64,000 bases of DNA from Octopus bimaculoides (GCF_001194135.2 NC_068992.1:22692851-22756850), one strand, 5' to 3'; shown: positions 25,255 through 38,249, counted from the stretch's first letter. Program-made: numbers and translations. The notes: a model not told the origin generated them from the letters alone.

Positions 25255-26160
25255 ATGCATGTAAATGTGTACAGTTCTGTTCCACATCTCTTTCACATTC
25301 GCTTCGTATTTAAACACATCCACTATCAGGGACACAGGGACACACATGCGTGTACACATGCACGCATAAACTCACACATACAGATAGACACACGGACACA
25401 CGCACACAAACACAAGAATGCACAACTACAAATATGCGTAGACGATGTACTTGAGCACGAGCGTGCACACCTGCATACACATGCACACACGCACACCGCG
25501 CATACATAAGCACACGCACACAGACAATCGCAGGCATACACACACCCATACATGCACAAGGATATGCGTACTCAGGCATCCGCACAAACGGATGCAGGAA
25601 CATACACATACACACATACGCACATACACACGCACAGATACTTGCACATTAAAAACAACAAGAACCTTCAGATGCGCACACACACATATGTTCGAATACA
25701 CGCAAATGAGAGGTTCGCACATTCACGCAGAGACACATACATAGAAACACACACACACATACACACACACACACACACACACGCACATAACAAGAAAAAT
25801 GACAACAACAGCAACAACAAAAACAACACCAAGACACACGTGCACATACACATGCACACACATGCACATACACATGCAATGATACACACAAATAAAGAGA
25901 CACTCGTACTTTTATACACAGGCACACACATACAGGCGCGCACACATACACATACACACACTAACACAAACACACACGTAGAAATATACAGAACTGATTC
26001 AACCACACTCGCATCCACATTCTCTCGTACCTTCACAACCTGTTCCACACTCTCACGCCCATAGATACGCACGCAGACACACGGAAACACGCGCGCACAC
26101 AGATGCTCACACACACGCACACACACATATTTTATTCTCTACTTCTCTTTCCTATCTTCG
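25255..26160. repeat. Long degenerate (CA)-derived low-complexity tract
   Basis: ~900 bp of ACAC/GCAC/ATAC variants; the His/Thr or Val/Cys ORFs are artefacts. Confidence 0.85.
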
Positions 26161-26684
26161 CCCCCCCGCCCCACAAAAGATATACACCCTAAATCAATAA
26201 ATGTTCAGCGGAGACGTGTGAACTGAAAACGAAAAAGACAAAGGAATGACTTCTGAAAGGGGTCAAGGATGGCTTGTACACCCCCACCGACACAAACACA
26301 TGGACAAGCAGTCACACGGATGTATTCACACACACCTATACACGCACACTCACACACGTACACACGCTCACGTACACATAAACACACACGCCCTACTTTT
26401 ACTTTCACCCTTACCTCCTCTTCTACACTTTCACCCTTACCTCTTCATCTACACATCCGCACACACACACACACACACGCGCGCACACTGATAATCATCT
26501 ATATACACAGACACACGACCGATTCTCGATATTCTCAGACGGACTAAAGCAGGCCATGCAGAGATTAGGGAGTCACGTTTCACTGAAAAGGTTACAGACA
26601 GTAACGAAAGCGCTTTGAAAGACAAACGACCAAGCTGTAGTAGGGGTCAAAAACAGACACCAAGACACAAACACATCAATATAT

Positions 26685-27014
26685 AAAGAATCCCTTCGGT
26701 CATGAATGACCATGAGATTGCACATAGAAATTTCCCCTCCTAGGCACAAATCCGGGCAATGTTATTTATGGAAGACCAGCAGTCACTCATGTATACCAGC
26801 CTCCACACCACGGATGTTATCCAAGGGAAAGGCAAAGGCCAATACAGCTTGGCACCAGTGACTTCGCAACTCATTTCTACAACTGAGTAAACTGGAGCAA
26901 CGTGAAATAAAGTGCCTTGCTCAAGAACACAACACACAGATCGTTCCAGGAATCGAACTCACTACCTCATGCCTGTGGGCCCGACGCACTAACTACTGAG
27001 CCATGCACCTTCAC
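26685..27014 (-). mobile_element. SINE family E (tRNA head + CTTGAGCAAGGCAC box + tail T2)
   Basis: Head and central box as in family C, with a different 3' part shared with 54165-54392. Confidence 0.85.
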
Positions 27015-27040
27015 TACATCATTATATATACAAGACTATT

Positions 27041-27120
27041 CTCTTTCAGCTTTCGTGTACCAAATCCACTCACAGTTTTGGTCGGTTCGAGGCTATAGTA
27101 CAAGATACGTGCCCAAGACA
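27041..27120 (-). mobile_element. SINE family B fragment
   Basis: ccaaatccactcaca...ggtcggttcgaggctatagta...gcccaag. Confidence 0.75.
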
Positions 27121-27589
27121 GCACTAAATGGATCCAATCCTGAGCCGTGCCTACGCCGCGTTTAGAGGTCTCGTTCCTTAGCGGTTAGAACAACAGTGCA
27201 GCGCCTTCTCTCGTTGTTGTGTACAGAAATAGTATTCCAGAAAGACTGGATAGAAAGAATAATGTTTGAAGCACTAGAGAAAAGACGAGTGAGAGAATGA
27301 ACGATGATTATATAAGTTTGTAATGTTTGATTAAAGAGATAGAAGTTTATTTATGACGATACTGGTCGTGTACGTGGTTGGTTATCAAGCTTTATATAAT
27401 GGGCATGGTCGAGCGAGAACGCTGTTCACGATAACGAAGACGAAGGTGTTGATAATGAAGATGGCGGAAGTGGCGATAATAGTTTATACAGATAATACGC
27501 AGACAAACAAAGCATAATTGATTAAGATATATTTAATTAGTGTTAATACGAATTTCGAAATTACAACTCTGCGCTGACGATGATTATGC

Positions 27590-27850
27590 GAAATGGCAGC
27601 GCAAATGATGGAAATGAGGAAAAGTCTATGATGATTATGATGATGATGATGATGGCGGTGGTGGTGGTGGTGGTGGTGTTGGTGAGATTTGATTTTTGTC
27701 GGTCTCAATCCTTTTTCGTGCGAAAATGCGGATTGCTGGGGAAGATGAATGTAATAGTGGCTGAAGTGATGCTAGTTGTAAGAACACACAAACACCACCA
27801 CCACCACAATTACCACTACTACTATTACTACTACTACTACATCATCGCTA
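27590..27850. repeat. Compound GAT/GGT/CAC/TAC trinucleotide repeats
   Basis: Direct reading. Confidence 0.85.
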
Positions 27851-30476
27851 CCAAATGATTTCTCACTTCTACTTGGAAATGCTTTTGCATAATTTAGTTG
27901 TGTGGAAACGAATGCTATTTCGTGTCACACACTAATAATACCAATTAAATCATTAGCTAACAGTAACAAGTAAATTATTTGTTTGCATTACTCTAAAATG
28001 CTGTCATCTTTATAGCAGATAATTTATTGAAGTTAATTAATTTCCGATCTTAGACAAACGAAAGAAAGAAAAATACTATTTAAAACAATTATGTTTTCTG
28101 GAAAATTACTTCGATTTATATTCATGCAGTTCGTTGAATTTGAACTGAATAAAATCCATTTCGAGATATTAGTTTCACTTTTTGGTAAAATGTCAGGCTT
28201 AATAATTCGTAATGCATTCATATAAGGTGGTTTCCTCATCGCAAATTAATTTCATTAGGCTCTACGTATAAAATAAAAACGTTAACGTATATGTATGTAT
28301 GTATGTATGTATGTATCTATCTATCTATTTGCATATATCTATATGTGTGTGTTTGTGTGTGTGTGTGTGTGTGTGTTGTGTAATATTTTGGACTAATGGA
28401 TATACCAAATATTCTGGTTACTTAATTATATNNNNNNNNNNNNNNNNNNNNNNNNNNNNNNNNNNNNNNNNNNNNNNNNNNNNNNNNNNNNNNNNNNNNN
28501 NNNNNNNNNNNNNNNNNNNNNNNNNNNNNNNNNNNNNNNNNNNNNNNNNNNNNNNNNNNNNNNNNNNNNNNNNNNNNNNNNNNNNNNNNNNNNNNNNNNN
28601 NNNNNNNNNNNNNNNNNNNNNNNNNNNNNNNNNNNNNNNNNNNNNNNNNNNNNNNNNNNNNNNNNNNNNNNNNNNNNNNNNNNNNNNNNNNNNNNNNNNN
28701 NNNNNNNNNNNNNNNNNNNNNNNNNNNNNNNNNNNNNNNNNNNNNNNNNNNNAAAAAAACCCCCCGGAAAAACGATGGTCTCTTACGAAGTTATTTTCTT
28801 TTATCCAGTTTTAATATCAGAAACCATTCTGATTCTTTTCAGTGTAGCCCGTACCATCACCTGGGGTAGTAGAAAAATATCTATCTATCTATCTATCTAT
28901 CTATATATATATATATATATAGATAGATATTATTAAATGTCAATATATTCTGTCAAATAGCTTTTTCTATTGATATTCATGGTTCAAAATGCTCGTTGAG
29001 GTGGCAGGAACAAGTTTACACCATTCAAAGCAGTACACTCTGTGACATAAAGAAACTTGCCACCAGCAGATTTTTTCCAGACGACAAATAGCAGAAAAGA
29101 GAAAAAATTAACCCCCACCGCATAAAAAAAGAAGAAAAATATGAAAAAATACTTCAGATATACATAGGTTGGCGCTTAGTTATGAAGTAGAATGTACGGT
29201 ATGTTGGAAACAGTTCAGACGAAAAATATGAGCGTAAACAACACCCTTAACATCGTGTAGAATGATCAATCTTTTGTAAATACTAAGGATAGAAGGAAAT
29301 ATGTCGAACCAAATAGGAAGTTCTTGCATGGGGGATTTTCAATTAAAAGAGAGAGAGTCAAGACATGCATATTTTTCAGGGTAAAAAAAAAAAAAAAAAA
29401 AAAANNNNNNNNNNNNNNNNNNNNNNNNNNNNNNNNNNNNNNNNNNNNNNNNNNNNNNNNNNNNNNNNNNNNNNNNNNNNNNNNNNNNNNNNNNNNNNNN
29501 NNNNNNNNNNNNNNNNNNNNNNNNNNNNNNNNNNNNNNNNNNNNNNNNNNNNNNNNNNNNNNNNNNNNNNNNNNNNNNNNNNNNNNNNNNNNNNNNNNNN
29601 NNNNNNNNNNNNNNNNNNNNNNNNNNNNNNNNNNNNNNNNNNNNNNNNNNNNNNNNNNNNNNNNNNNNNNNNNNNNNNNNNNNNNNNNNNNNNNNNNNNN
29701 NNNNNNNNNNNNNNNNNNNNNNNNNNNNNNNNNNNNNNNNNNNNNNNNNNNNNNNNNNNNNNNNNNNNNNNNNNNNNNNNNNNNNNNNNNNNNNNNNNNN
29801 NNNNNNNNNNNNNNNNNNNNNNNNNNNNNNNNNNNNNNNNNNNNNNNNNNNNNNNNNNNNNNNNNNNNNNNNNNNNNNNNNNNNNNNNNNNNNNNNNNNN
29901 NNNNNNNNNNNNNNNNNNNNNNNNNNNNNNNNNNNNNNNNNNNNNNTTTAATAATTAGGTGTTATCAAATCATATCGTGAATGATTTTCTTCCAGTGACC
30001 GGCATTTTGATTTTTATGTTTTTCAATATAAGACGGGTCTCTGATTTGGGATTGAATTTTTTTTTACTTAAAAGCAATTTACAAACTCTTTTTTTTTTCT
30101 CATTTGGTTTTGGTATCAGAGTTCTTTTAATATGGTCATAGTTACTGCTCGAGTGATGGTGAAGAGAGGGGAAGTTACACAACTACACATACATAGGAAA
30201 GTGCACACTCACACACACACACACACACACACACATGCACATACAAACATTCATGTGTACATATTCACACATATATTCACACTCTCATACATATACTTAC
30301 GCATACAAGACGCGCACACATTTACACACATGGCATGCAACTATATAAAGCAGTAAATGTAAAAAGAAAGGTGGGCACAGAAGGAACGAGAAGGAAAAAA
30401 AATACTCAGACGAAACACACATACATACGCACATACACAGACACTTAATATACAAAGATATACGCAAAGACATATA

Positions 30477-30689
30477 CAAGGGGGTGCCGAAAATTTCCTG
30501 GCTTTGTGTAAAATAAAATACAGTAGGATCACTTAATTTTCATTTGATTAAACACGTTCTCCTCTCAGATTCACAAACGGCAGTGGTCCTTCAGATTTTC
30601 TAAGCCCTGTAAAAACAACTCGGAAAGTTGGGCCTCCGAACAAGCTTTCCGCGATTCATTTAAAGCCAGAAACTTTTCAGCACCCCCTG
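30477..30689. mobile_element. Mariner-type MITE copy 1
   Basis: TA|CAAGGGGGTGCCGAAAATTTCCTGGCTTT ... AAAGCCAGAAACTTTTCAGCACCCCCTG|TA; ~28-bp TIRs with TA TSD. Confidence 0.9.
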
Positions 30690-31016
30690 TATGCATACAT
30701 ACATACATACATACATACATAAATGCACACACACACACACACATACGTTCGCGTCACACGCGCAGAAATATCGTTGATATTATGTTAAAGTGTCGCATGT
30801 CTAAATTTAGTGAAGTGCGTTTGTTTCAATGTTTATTTTTGCTTGCAATAGCCGGTTCTTTTGGTCAAACCATCGTATCTCCAGCTGCTTCAGATGCCAA
30901 GATATTAAAAGTTGTCAAATTTTAGCACAACGGTTTTGCTATGAATTGGTGAAACATTTTTTTCGTTTCCTGACAAGACAACGTATTAGACTAACGATAC
31001 CTTTGCATAGTAGCAA

Positions 31017-31235
31017 CGATAGGGTGTGCTGGAAAGTTACTGGCTTTGTGTAAAAGAAAATACAGGAGGATCAGTTAATTATGATTTTATTCAGTATATT
31101 CCACTCTCAGATTCACATACTTATTGCAGCGATTCTTAAATTTTTCTAAGCCCTGTAAAAGGATTCGGAACGTTGGGACTCCATCCAGGCGTATAGCAAC
31201 ATCCTTAAAGCCAGAAACTTTCCAGTACAGCGTCG
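31017..31235. mobile_element. Mariner-type MITE copy 2
   Basis: Same TIRs and internal ctctcagattcaca sequence as copy 1. Confidence 0.85.
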
Positions 31236-31242
31236 TACATAT

Positions 31243-31670
31243 TCATTTCTTTATTGCCCACAGGGGGCTAAACACGGAGGGGACAAACAAGGAGAGACAA
31301 ATGGTTTAAGTCGATTACACCGACTCCAGTGCTTAACTGGTAATTATTTAATGGACCCCTCCCCGCTCAGCGGAATTTGAACTCAGAACGTAACGGCAGA
31401 TGAAATACCCATTTCTTTACTGCCCACAAGGGGCTACACACAGAGGGGACAAACAAGGACAGACAAACGGATTAAGTCAATTATATCGACCCCAGTGCGT
31501 AACTGGTACTTAATTTATCGACCCCGAAAGGATGAAAGGCAAAGTCGACCTCGGCGGAATTTGAACTCAGAAAGCAGTGGCAGACGAAATACCGGCGTGT
31601 TAACGTTTCTGCCAGCTCACCACTAAGCATCTTGCTTGGCGTGCTAAATATTCTGCCAGCTCGCTGCTCT
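31243..31670 (-). mobile_element. Two nested SINE family A copies
   Basis: A near-complete copy (~31410-31622) interrupts another between gaaatacc and ctaagcat. Confidence 0.8.
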
Positions 31671-31709
31671 TCAGCCTCGTACATATTATACCCGAATACA
31701 ATCTTTTCT

Positions 31710-31894
31710 AGTTCTATATTTAAGAGATGAGGAATTATGTACATTGTTTACATTATTTACATTTGACGGATATTTGTCCTCATCTTGTTCGTAGGTACCG
31801 GTATTAAGGAAGCATAGGAAAATATTAGATTTATAAGCCCCTAAAATCCACTCGATAATTGCCCACGGGCATATAGCGTAGTGGTTAAGAGCGC
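31710..31894. mobile_element. Family H fragments: inverted tail (31710-31789) plus sense tRNA head (31861-31894)
   Basis: Reverse complement of 31710-31789 matches 19154-19242; gcccacgggcatatagcgtagtggttaagagcgc matches 18919-18952. Confidence 0.85.
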
Positions 31895-32479
31895 TAAGCA
31901 TTTCACCCGGCGTGCTAACGATTCTGCCAGCTCGCCGTCCTTCAGCCTCGTATATATTATATACAAATATATATCTGAAGACGGTTAGAAAACAACCCTA
32001 TTAAAAAGATTCGCAAAATATGAAAAACAGAAAAAGTAAAGCTAATAGTGTTGAACATATGCAATTATTACGATAAATATTTAAAGAAGAATTCTAGATA
32101 TGTTATTAGCTAAATATGATTTTCTCATTATTCGTTTAATTAGAATTTATTTGAAATGAAACAACAATTTCTCTTAAATACAAATGCATATTTACCCATG
32201 CATTAAATTTTCTTCAATATTTTTCTCTCATTTAGATATTTGTTCAAACTATATCCAGATAATTAGCAGCATTAAACCGTGAATATACTTTGTGAAATAG
32301 AAGAATGTCGCGAAATCCCACGTCCGCAGTTCTGTAATTGGCTTCGTAACTCTACGAAAGAAATCAATACTCAAGAGACACATTTCGTTTCTTTACAATA
32401 TTTGCAAAATGAAGTGGGGGAGAACAGAAATGGGCTGAACGATTAAGTAGAATATCTTACGAAAATATTCATTCTCAAG

Positions 32480-33030
32480 CCGAACACTTGCCTACCTACC
32501 TACCTACAAACATACATACATAACTCTCTCCCCATCCTGCCCTCCCCCCATTCCCTCATTCCACTTCCTTCCCTCCCTACCAGCCTGCCTGTCGGTCTAC
32601 CTACCTACTTGCATACATACCTACCTCATCCTTCCTTCCGTCGTTCACTCCATCCTTCTTTCCCTCCCCTCCTTCCTCCCCTATCACCCTACCTACCTAC
32701 TAACCTACCTACTTACCAACAAGACTATCTATCTAGCTTGTTACCTACCTGCCTACCCCCTACCTACCTACCTACCTACCTACCTACCTACCTACTTACC
32801 CACCTACTAACGTACCTATCTACCTACCAACAAGACTATCTATCTAGCTAGTTACCTACCTACCTATCTATCTAGCTAGTTACCTACCTGCCTACCCCCT
32901 ACCTACCTACCTACCTACCTACCTACCTACCTACCTACCTACCGACCTACCTACTTACCCACCTACTAACGTACCTATCTACCTACCAACAAGTCTATCT
33001 ATCTAGCTAGTTACCTACCTACCTACCTTC
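32480..33030. repeat. (CCTA)n-derived tract with higher-order duplication
   Basis: ccaacaag(a/t)ctatctatctagc recurs at 32716, 32827 and 32986. Confidence 0.9.
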
Positions 33031-34077
33031 ATACATATATACATGCATTAATATATATGAACAAATAAGACATACAACTACATTGGAGATAAAATCAGTA
33101 AGTGGCACAGTAAAAACATGCAAGACGTCTTCAAGTTCAAACACGGCATTGTTTTCGTTATCTACATTCCAGTGGTGGCGCTATGTATCTCTGTTAGAAC
33201 TTAGCTCGTTTCCGAAATGAAGAATTTAAATAAGTAAAATCAAAAGAGAATATATATATGTATACACATGCTACTAAATACCTCATTAACAACACACGCA
33301 CCTAGACCTCCAGCCTGCCACAGAAAATGCCGATTATGTCATTCTAGTACTATATCTATCATGGTGGTATCCTTGTTGATACCCTTGATTATAATATACA
33401 TATTCTCATATATACATATACACACACGTACATATATACAGACACGACGCCATGTTTCCCTAACGATTGGATCTTGATTCTTTCCAGATTATTGATTTTT
33501 CATTTTCCCGAACAAGGGGCGGTAACCTTGGTCAAATACCTCGAAATTAAATATTAAATTTACTTAAATAATTAAAACCTGCATATTAATATAAATTAAT
33601 GAGGATTGTATGACATCTCAGATCTTCATTGTTTGAATAGTCGTTGTCGTATCATCGCGCATGTGTGTGTTTGTGTGTGTATGTATGTATACCGAATAAA
33701 GAACCAGCATCTTACTACATCACTTTAGAATTGTTCTATCTTGGTTCAATTCAATCTATTATAAGAATAAAAACCTATCGATATTTATGGGTTTTCAAAT
33801 ATACTCGTATGCTTGTTAGGATAACGATTTCCTGTTTACAGATTGGCAAAAGTGGCTATGCCCCAAGATGAGCTTAGCATTATATAAAAGGGTCATATTA
33901 AACCAATGAAACGATATAAATGTGTGTTTGTGTATGTGTGTATGCTTTCCTTAGAATTTACTTCATTCGGACAAATATAGTGGTTCACTATCCAAATGAC
34001 AAAGCCTTTCTCTTTTTTATTCAAGACCAGTGTTGGGGCTTTGTGGTAGTCTAAATTGCTTGATGGGTCCATATAAT

Positions 34078-34580
34078 AACTACAAAATCAGCACTCCTGC
34101 TTACTGGTATGAACATTATCCTGAGCCAGTCGTTGAAGGCAAAAATGTCACTATCCTCTGGCATTTTCCAGTCAACACTGACAGAACAATCCAGGCTATT
34201 CGACCAGACACAACTAATAAAGACCGGGAAGAAAATACCTGTAGACTAATAGATGTAAGTGTTCCCACTAATAAAAATACGTCAGTCAAGGAATTTGACA
34301 ACCTAAGTATATATAAGGACCTGGAAATTGTAATACAATAGATGTGGCATCTTAAAACGAGAACTGTTCCTGTTATTGTAGGTGCTCTAGGTATGATAAA
34401 AAACGGATGTCAGAAATATCTAGAAAATATCCCAGGACAAGTACTGCCCACATCCTTAGAAAAAACCTCTCCCTTTAAATATCAAGCTTTCAGGCATACT
34501 GTAGCATCTCTTTTCCTTTACTCGCCTCGGGACACTGGGTGTGTCTCGGCTAGTGACTGTAACAAATATGCACAATAAAG

Positions 34581-34582
<2 letters not shown>
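34078..34582 (+). mobile_element. R4/Dong-clade LINE 3' fragment (REL endonuclease) ending in (TAA)n
   Basis: WYEHYPEPVVEGKNVTILWHF...TDRTIQAIRPD...CRLIDVSVP...YKDLEIVIQ*MWHLKTRTVPVIVGALGMIK; 3' UTR runs into (AAT)n at 34583. Confidence 0.88.
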
Positions 34583-34660
<78 letters not shown>

Positions 34661-34757
34661 CTCTTTTCTCTTTCTCAATGAGTTTCTCTGCCCTAGGTGT
34701 ACGGAAAACACTCGGCAAGAAATGGAAGAAGATTTGAAGAAAGGAGAAATAAAGAAC

Positions 34758-34799
<42 letters not shown>

Positions 34800-34860
34800 G
34801 TAATTATTATTATGATGATTATTATTATTATGATGATTATTATCAATATTATTATTACTA
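34583..34860. repeat. (AAT)n tracts interrupted by a ~97-bp insert, then a polarity switch to (ATT/GAT)n
   Basis: (AAT)n 34583-34660, unique sequence 34661-34757, (AAT)n 34758-34799, (ATT)-like 34801-34860. Confidence 0.9.
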
Positions 34861-35215
34861 GGACGAAACATAGGTCACTGCATTTGCTCGTGATTCATTC
34901 CTGGCAATATTTCATACTTTAATTCCCTGCAGGTATTATTCTGTGACGTATATGAGCCTTTCAGCGATGTTTACTGAGTTTCCTTTTCATTTTTAAAAAT
35001 TTTAATATGTAGAAATAATTTCAAGTGATTTTTTTAGATACCTAAATTCTCTATCACTCCAAACAGATTTTTTCCGTCCGTCCGTCCGTCCGTCTGTCAT
35101 TTATCTATCGTTCATCTATTTATCTATAATCTCTCTCAGTCCTCCTATTTTTCTCTCTATGTAGATAGATACATACATCTCTCTCTCTACATACGCACAT
35201 ACATACATATGTATG

Positions 35216-35261
<46 letters not shown>

Positions 35262-36118
35262 CATACATACATACACGTATATATGTATATATATATAAAC
35301 ATGAAGAGAAAGAGAAAGAAAGAGATGTATGTATGCATGTACGTCTTTTCCTATGTGCATGCAACTCTCTATTTATCTGCCTGTCAGTCCGTCTGCCTGT
35401 TCTCTCTGTCTGTCTATCCATCCATTATATATACCACTAAACATACACACATATATTCATATACATATAAGCATGTATATTTAAAAGTGTTATATGTTTT
35501 CGAAGTAATATAAATAATGTTTGTCATTTATGATTTGTGAGTTAATAAATCAAACTTACTGTGGCATATAAATCAACATTTCTAATTTTTAATTTTCTGT
35601 TATTTCTAATATCGGCTTTCAGTCAAACTTAACAGTGAAACTATAAAATTAAGTTACTTATTTCATTTATTTGCTGTAATGTTGTCAAGTGTTTAAATAT
35701 GTATCTTTGTAACAGAATTAGAAAAGTCATACATCCTTCCCGTTTGAAATTGTACTTACATTATGGAAGAGTGTTGCAAAATTAAAACGAAGCCTTTATA
35801 TATATTAAATGTGTTACCAAAAGGCACTGGTGTGCTGAAGAATCTCGTTTTGCAAGTACGTGAATTTGAGTTCAGTCTGACTCTGAGACATCTAAGTAAA
35901 ATATCTCCCCCACTAGTCTTTAGACAACTTATACCTTATTAGTGAATTTGGTTCACAACAAACTGTGTGGAAGCCTGTCAGATACATGTGCTTGTGTGTG
36001 TTTTTTTGTGTGAATTTGTGTGTGTTTGTATGTGTTCGTATGTGTGTCTTCGTGTGTGTGTTTGTCTGCGTGTGTGTGTTTGTGCGTGTGTGTGTGTTTG
36101 TCTGTCTGTTTATATATA

Positions 36119-36308
36119 CAAGGGTGTGCTGAAAAGTTCCTGGCTTTGGGTAAATGAATAAGAAGTGATCATTTAATTATGATTCTATTCAACATATACC
36201 CCTCTCAGATTCACACACTCATTGCAGTGGTCCTTCAGTTTCTCTAAGCCTTCAGCCAGACCTTTCGCGAATTCCTTAAAGGCAATAACTTTTCAGTACG
36301 CCTTCACA
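36119..36308. mobile_element. Mariner-type MITE copy 3
   Basis: TA|CAAGGGTGTGCTGAAAAGTTCCTGGCTTT left TIR; degenerate right TIR. Confidence 0.85.
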
Positions 36309-36359
36309 TATATGTGTGTGTGTGTGCGTGCGTGTGTACTTGGGTGTGTATGTGCGCGC

Positions 36360-36510
36360 GTCTGTGTCGCTGTATCGGTACCGTACTTGTCCCCACGCCG
36401 CTGGGTAACCAGTATTGGCCTGTTTAAGTCCCCGTTACTTAGTGTCTCAACAAAAGATACTGATAGAATTGAGACTTACAATAGTTACTGGGATCGATTT
36501 GGACGACTGA
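36360..36510 (+). mobile_element. SINE family B 3' module fragment
   Basis: ttgtccccac...gtccccgttacttag...gatagaat...ctgggatcgatttg matches 37930-38090. Confidence 0.65.
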
Positions 36511-36516
36511 GATAAA

Positions 36517-36583
36517 TTGGACTGAACCTGGAACCTTGTGTTTCAGAAGCTAGCTTCTTACCACACAGCCACGCTTGCACCTA
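36517..36583 (-). mobile_element. SINE family B head fragment
   Basis: Reverse complement reads GGTGCAAGCGTGGCTGTGTGGTAAGAAGCTAGCTTC...GGTTCAGTCC. Confidence 0.8.
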
Positions 36584-36679
36584 TTTTCACAATTAATAGA
36601 GCATGTCATTATAGAAAGAAGATTCAAAAACGGTTTGAAACCTGCCAAAAGTATGAATGGTGACTGTCACTGTAACCAT

Positions 36680-37078
36680 TATTTTATCTTTTATCTTTTA
36701 CTTCTTCAATCCTTACCCTGCGGCCATACTGGGGCAGCGCTTTGAGGGATTTTTAGTTGAACGAATCCATCCCTGTAGATCTTCTCCTTTAAAGCATGAT
36801 AATTTTCCTACATGTCTCTTTGCTGAAAAGCAAATTATAGGGGACAGAAACACGCCAACACCGCTTGTCAAGCGTTGATAGGGGATAAACAGACAGAAAG
36901 ACACACACACATATATATATACGATGGGCGTCTTTCAATTTCCATCTACCAAATCCACCCACAAGGCTTAATCGCGTCGAGGCTTTAGTAGAAGATACTT
37001 GTTCAAGGTGCCACGCTGTGTAATTGAACTCAGAACCACGTTACTGCAAAGCAAACTTTTTATCATACAGCCGCGCCT
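36680..37078 (-). mobile_element. SINE family B, full bipartite copy
   Basis: Head, central box, internal (TA)/(TG) microsatellite, then a 3' module ending ...AAGTAAAAGATAAAAGATAAA. Confidence 0.8.
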
Positions 37079-37344
37079 TTGGTGACCTACGTTCAACTCA
37101 TTGTACTTCACATATTATCTTAAACTGCTAGATTATGCAGGTGCGCGCACCAGTATATTGTGAACTGAGGAAAAGTATTGTATGTAATCGTGAGCTCGTT
37201 ACTTCCTCTTGCATTGCTCCACACGCCTTCTCAGCTGAAAATAATATCAGCAGACGGCTAGTGCTACTCATTTTCCATCCAGGTGTTATAGTGAAGATAT
37301 TCTCCAAAGAAACCCAACAAGGTTTTTACGTTTTCCACCAAATA

Positions 37345-37552
37345 CGTACGTCCTTAACATGTTTAGCGAAAGTAGGGAACATGCTAGCGACATTTCGTCC
37401 GTCTTTACGTTCTGAGTTCAAATTCCACTGAGGTCGACTTTACCTTTCATCCTTTCGGGATCGATAACATAAGTACCAGTTGAGCACTGAGGTCGATGTG
37501 ATCGACGTAGCCCTTCCCTAAAATTGCTGGTCTTGGGTCAAAATCTGAAACA
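37345..37552 (+). mobile_element. SINE family A copy
   Basis: ctgagttcaaattccactgaggtcgactttacctttcatcctttcgggatcgata. Confidence 0.88.
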
Positions 37553-37727
37553 AGTATGTTGCTATAGGCTACTAACTAATGTATAATATTTTGTACTAAA
37601 CACGTTTTGCTCATGCATTTGGTCTGTAGTTTTATCAGAATAAATAAAAGCGGGAATGACCCAAACTTATAAACCACAATTTAGTTACACACTTCGCGTT
37701 TAGAAAAAATAATGTAAATATTATGAT

Positions 37728-38145
37728 AGGCGCAGGAGAGGCTCTGTGGTAAGAAACTTGCTTCCCAAACACGTTGTTCCGGGTTCAGTCCCACTGCATG
37801 GCATTTTGGACACGTGCCTTCTACCATAGTTTCGGGCCGGCCACAGCTTTGTGAGTGGATTTGAAGACGGAAACTGAAAGAAACCCGTCGTATATATATA
37901 TAATATATATGTGTGTGTGTGTGTGAGTTTGTGCTTGTCCCCCACCATCGCTTGGCAACTGGTGTTGATGTTTTTACATTCCCGTAATTAGTGTTTCGGC
38001 AAACTTGACCGACAGAATAAGTACAAAGGTTTAAAAAATAAACAAAAGTACTGGAGCTGATTCATTCGACTAAAATTCTTCCAGGGGATGCCCAAGCACG
38101 GCTGCAGTCTAATGAGTGAAACAAGTAAAACAAAAATTTTGTAAG
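37728..38145 (+). mobile_element. SINE family B, full bipartite copy
   Basis: GGCGCAGGAGAGGCTCTGTGGTAAG head, (TA)(TG)n linker, 3' module ending AATGAGTGAAACAAGTAAAA. Confidence 0.88.
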
Positions 38146-38249
38146 CATATTTCCAGATAGAAAGAAATTGTGACGCCTGAACCATTTTGCTATGTACCAA
38201 ACTAACGGTGACGTGTTTTTGATGACAGAAGTTTTGAGCTGCCATCCAA

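Noticed and set aside
27574-27600. CTGACGA...GAAA hammerhead-like string
   Set aside because: No real stem II, no NUH triplet in position, and it lies in a GAT-repeat context.
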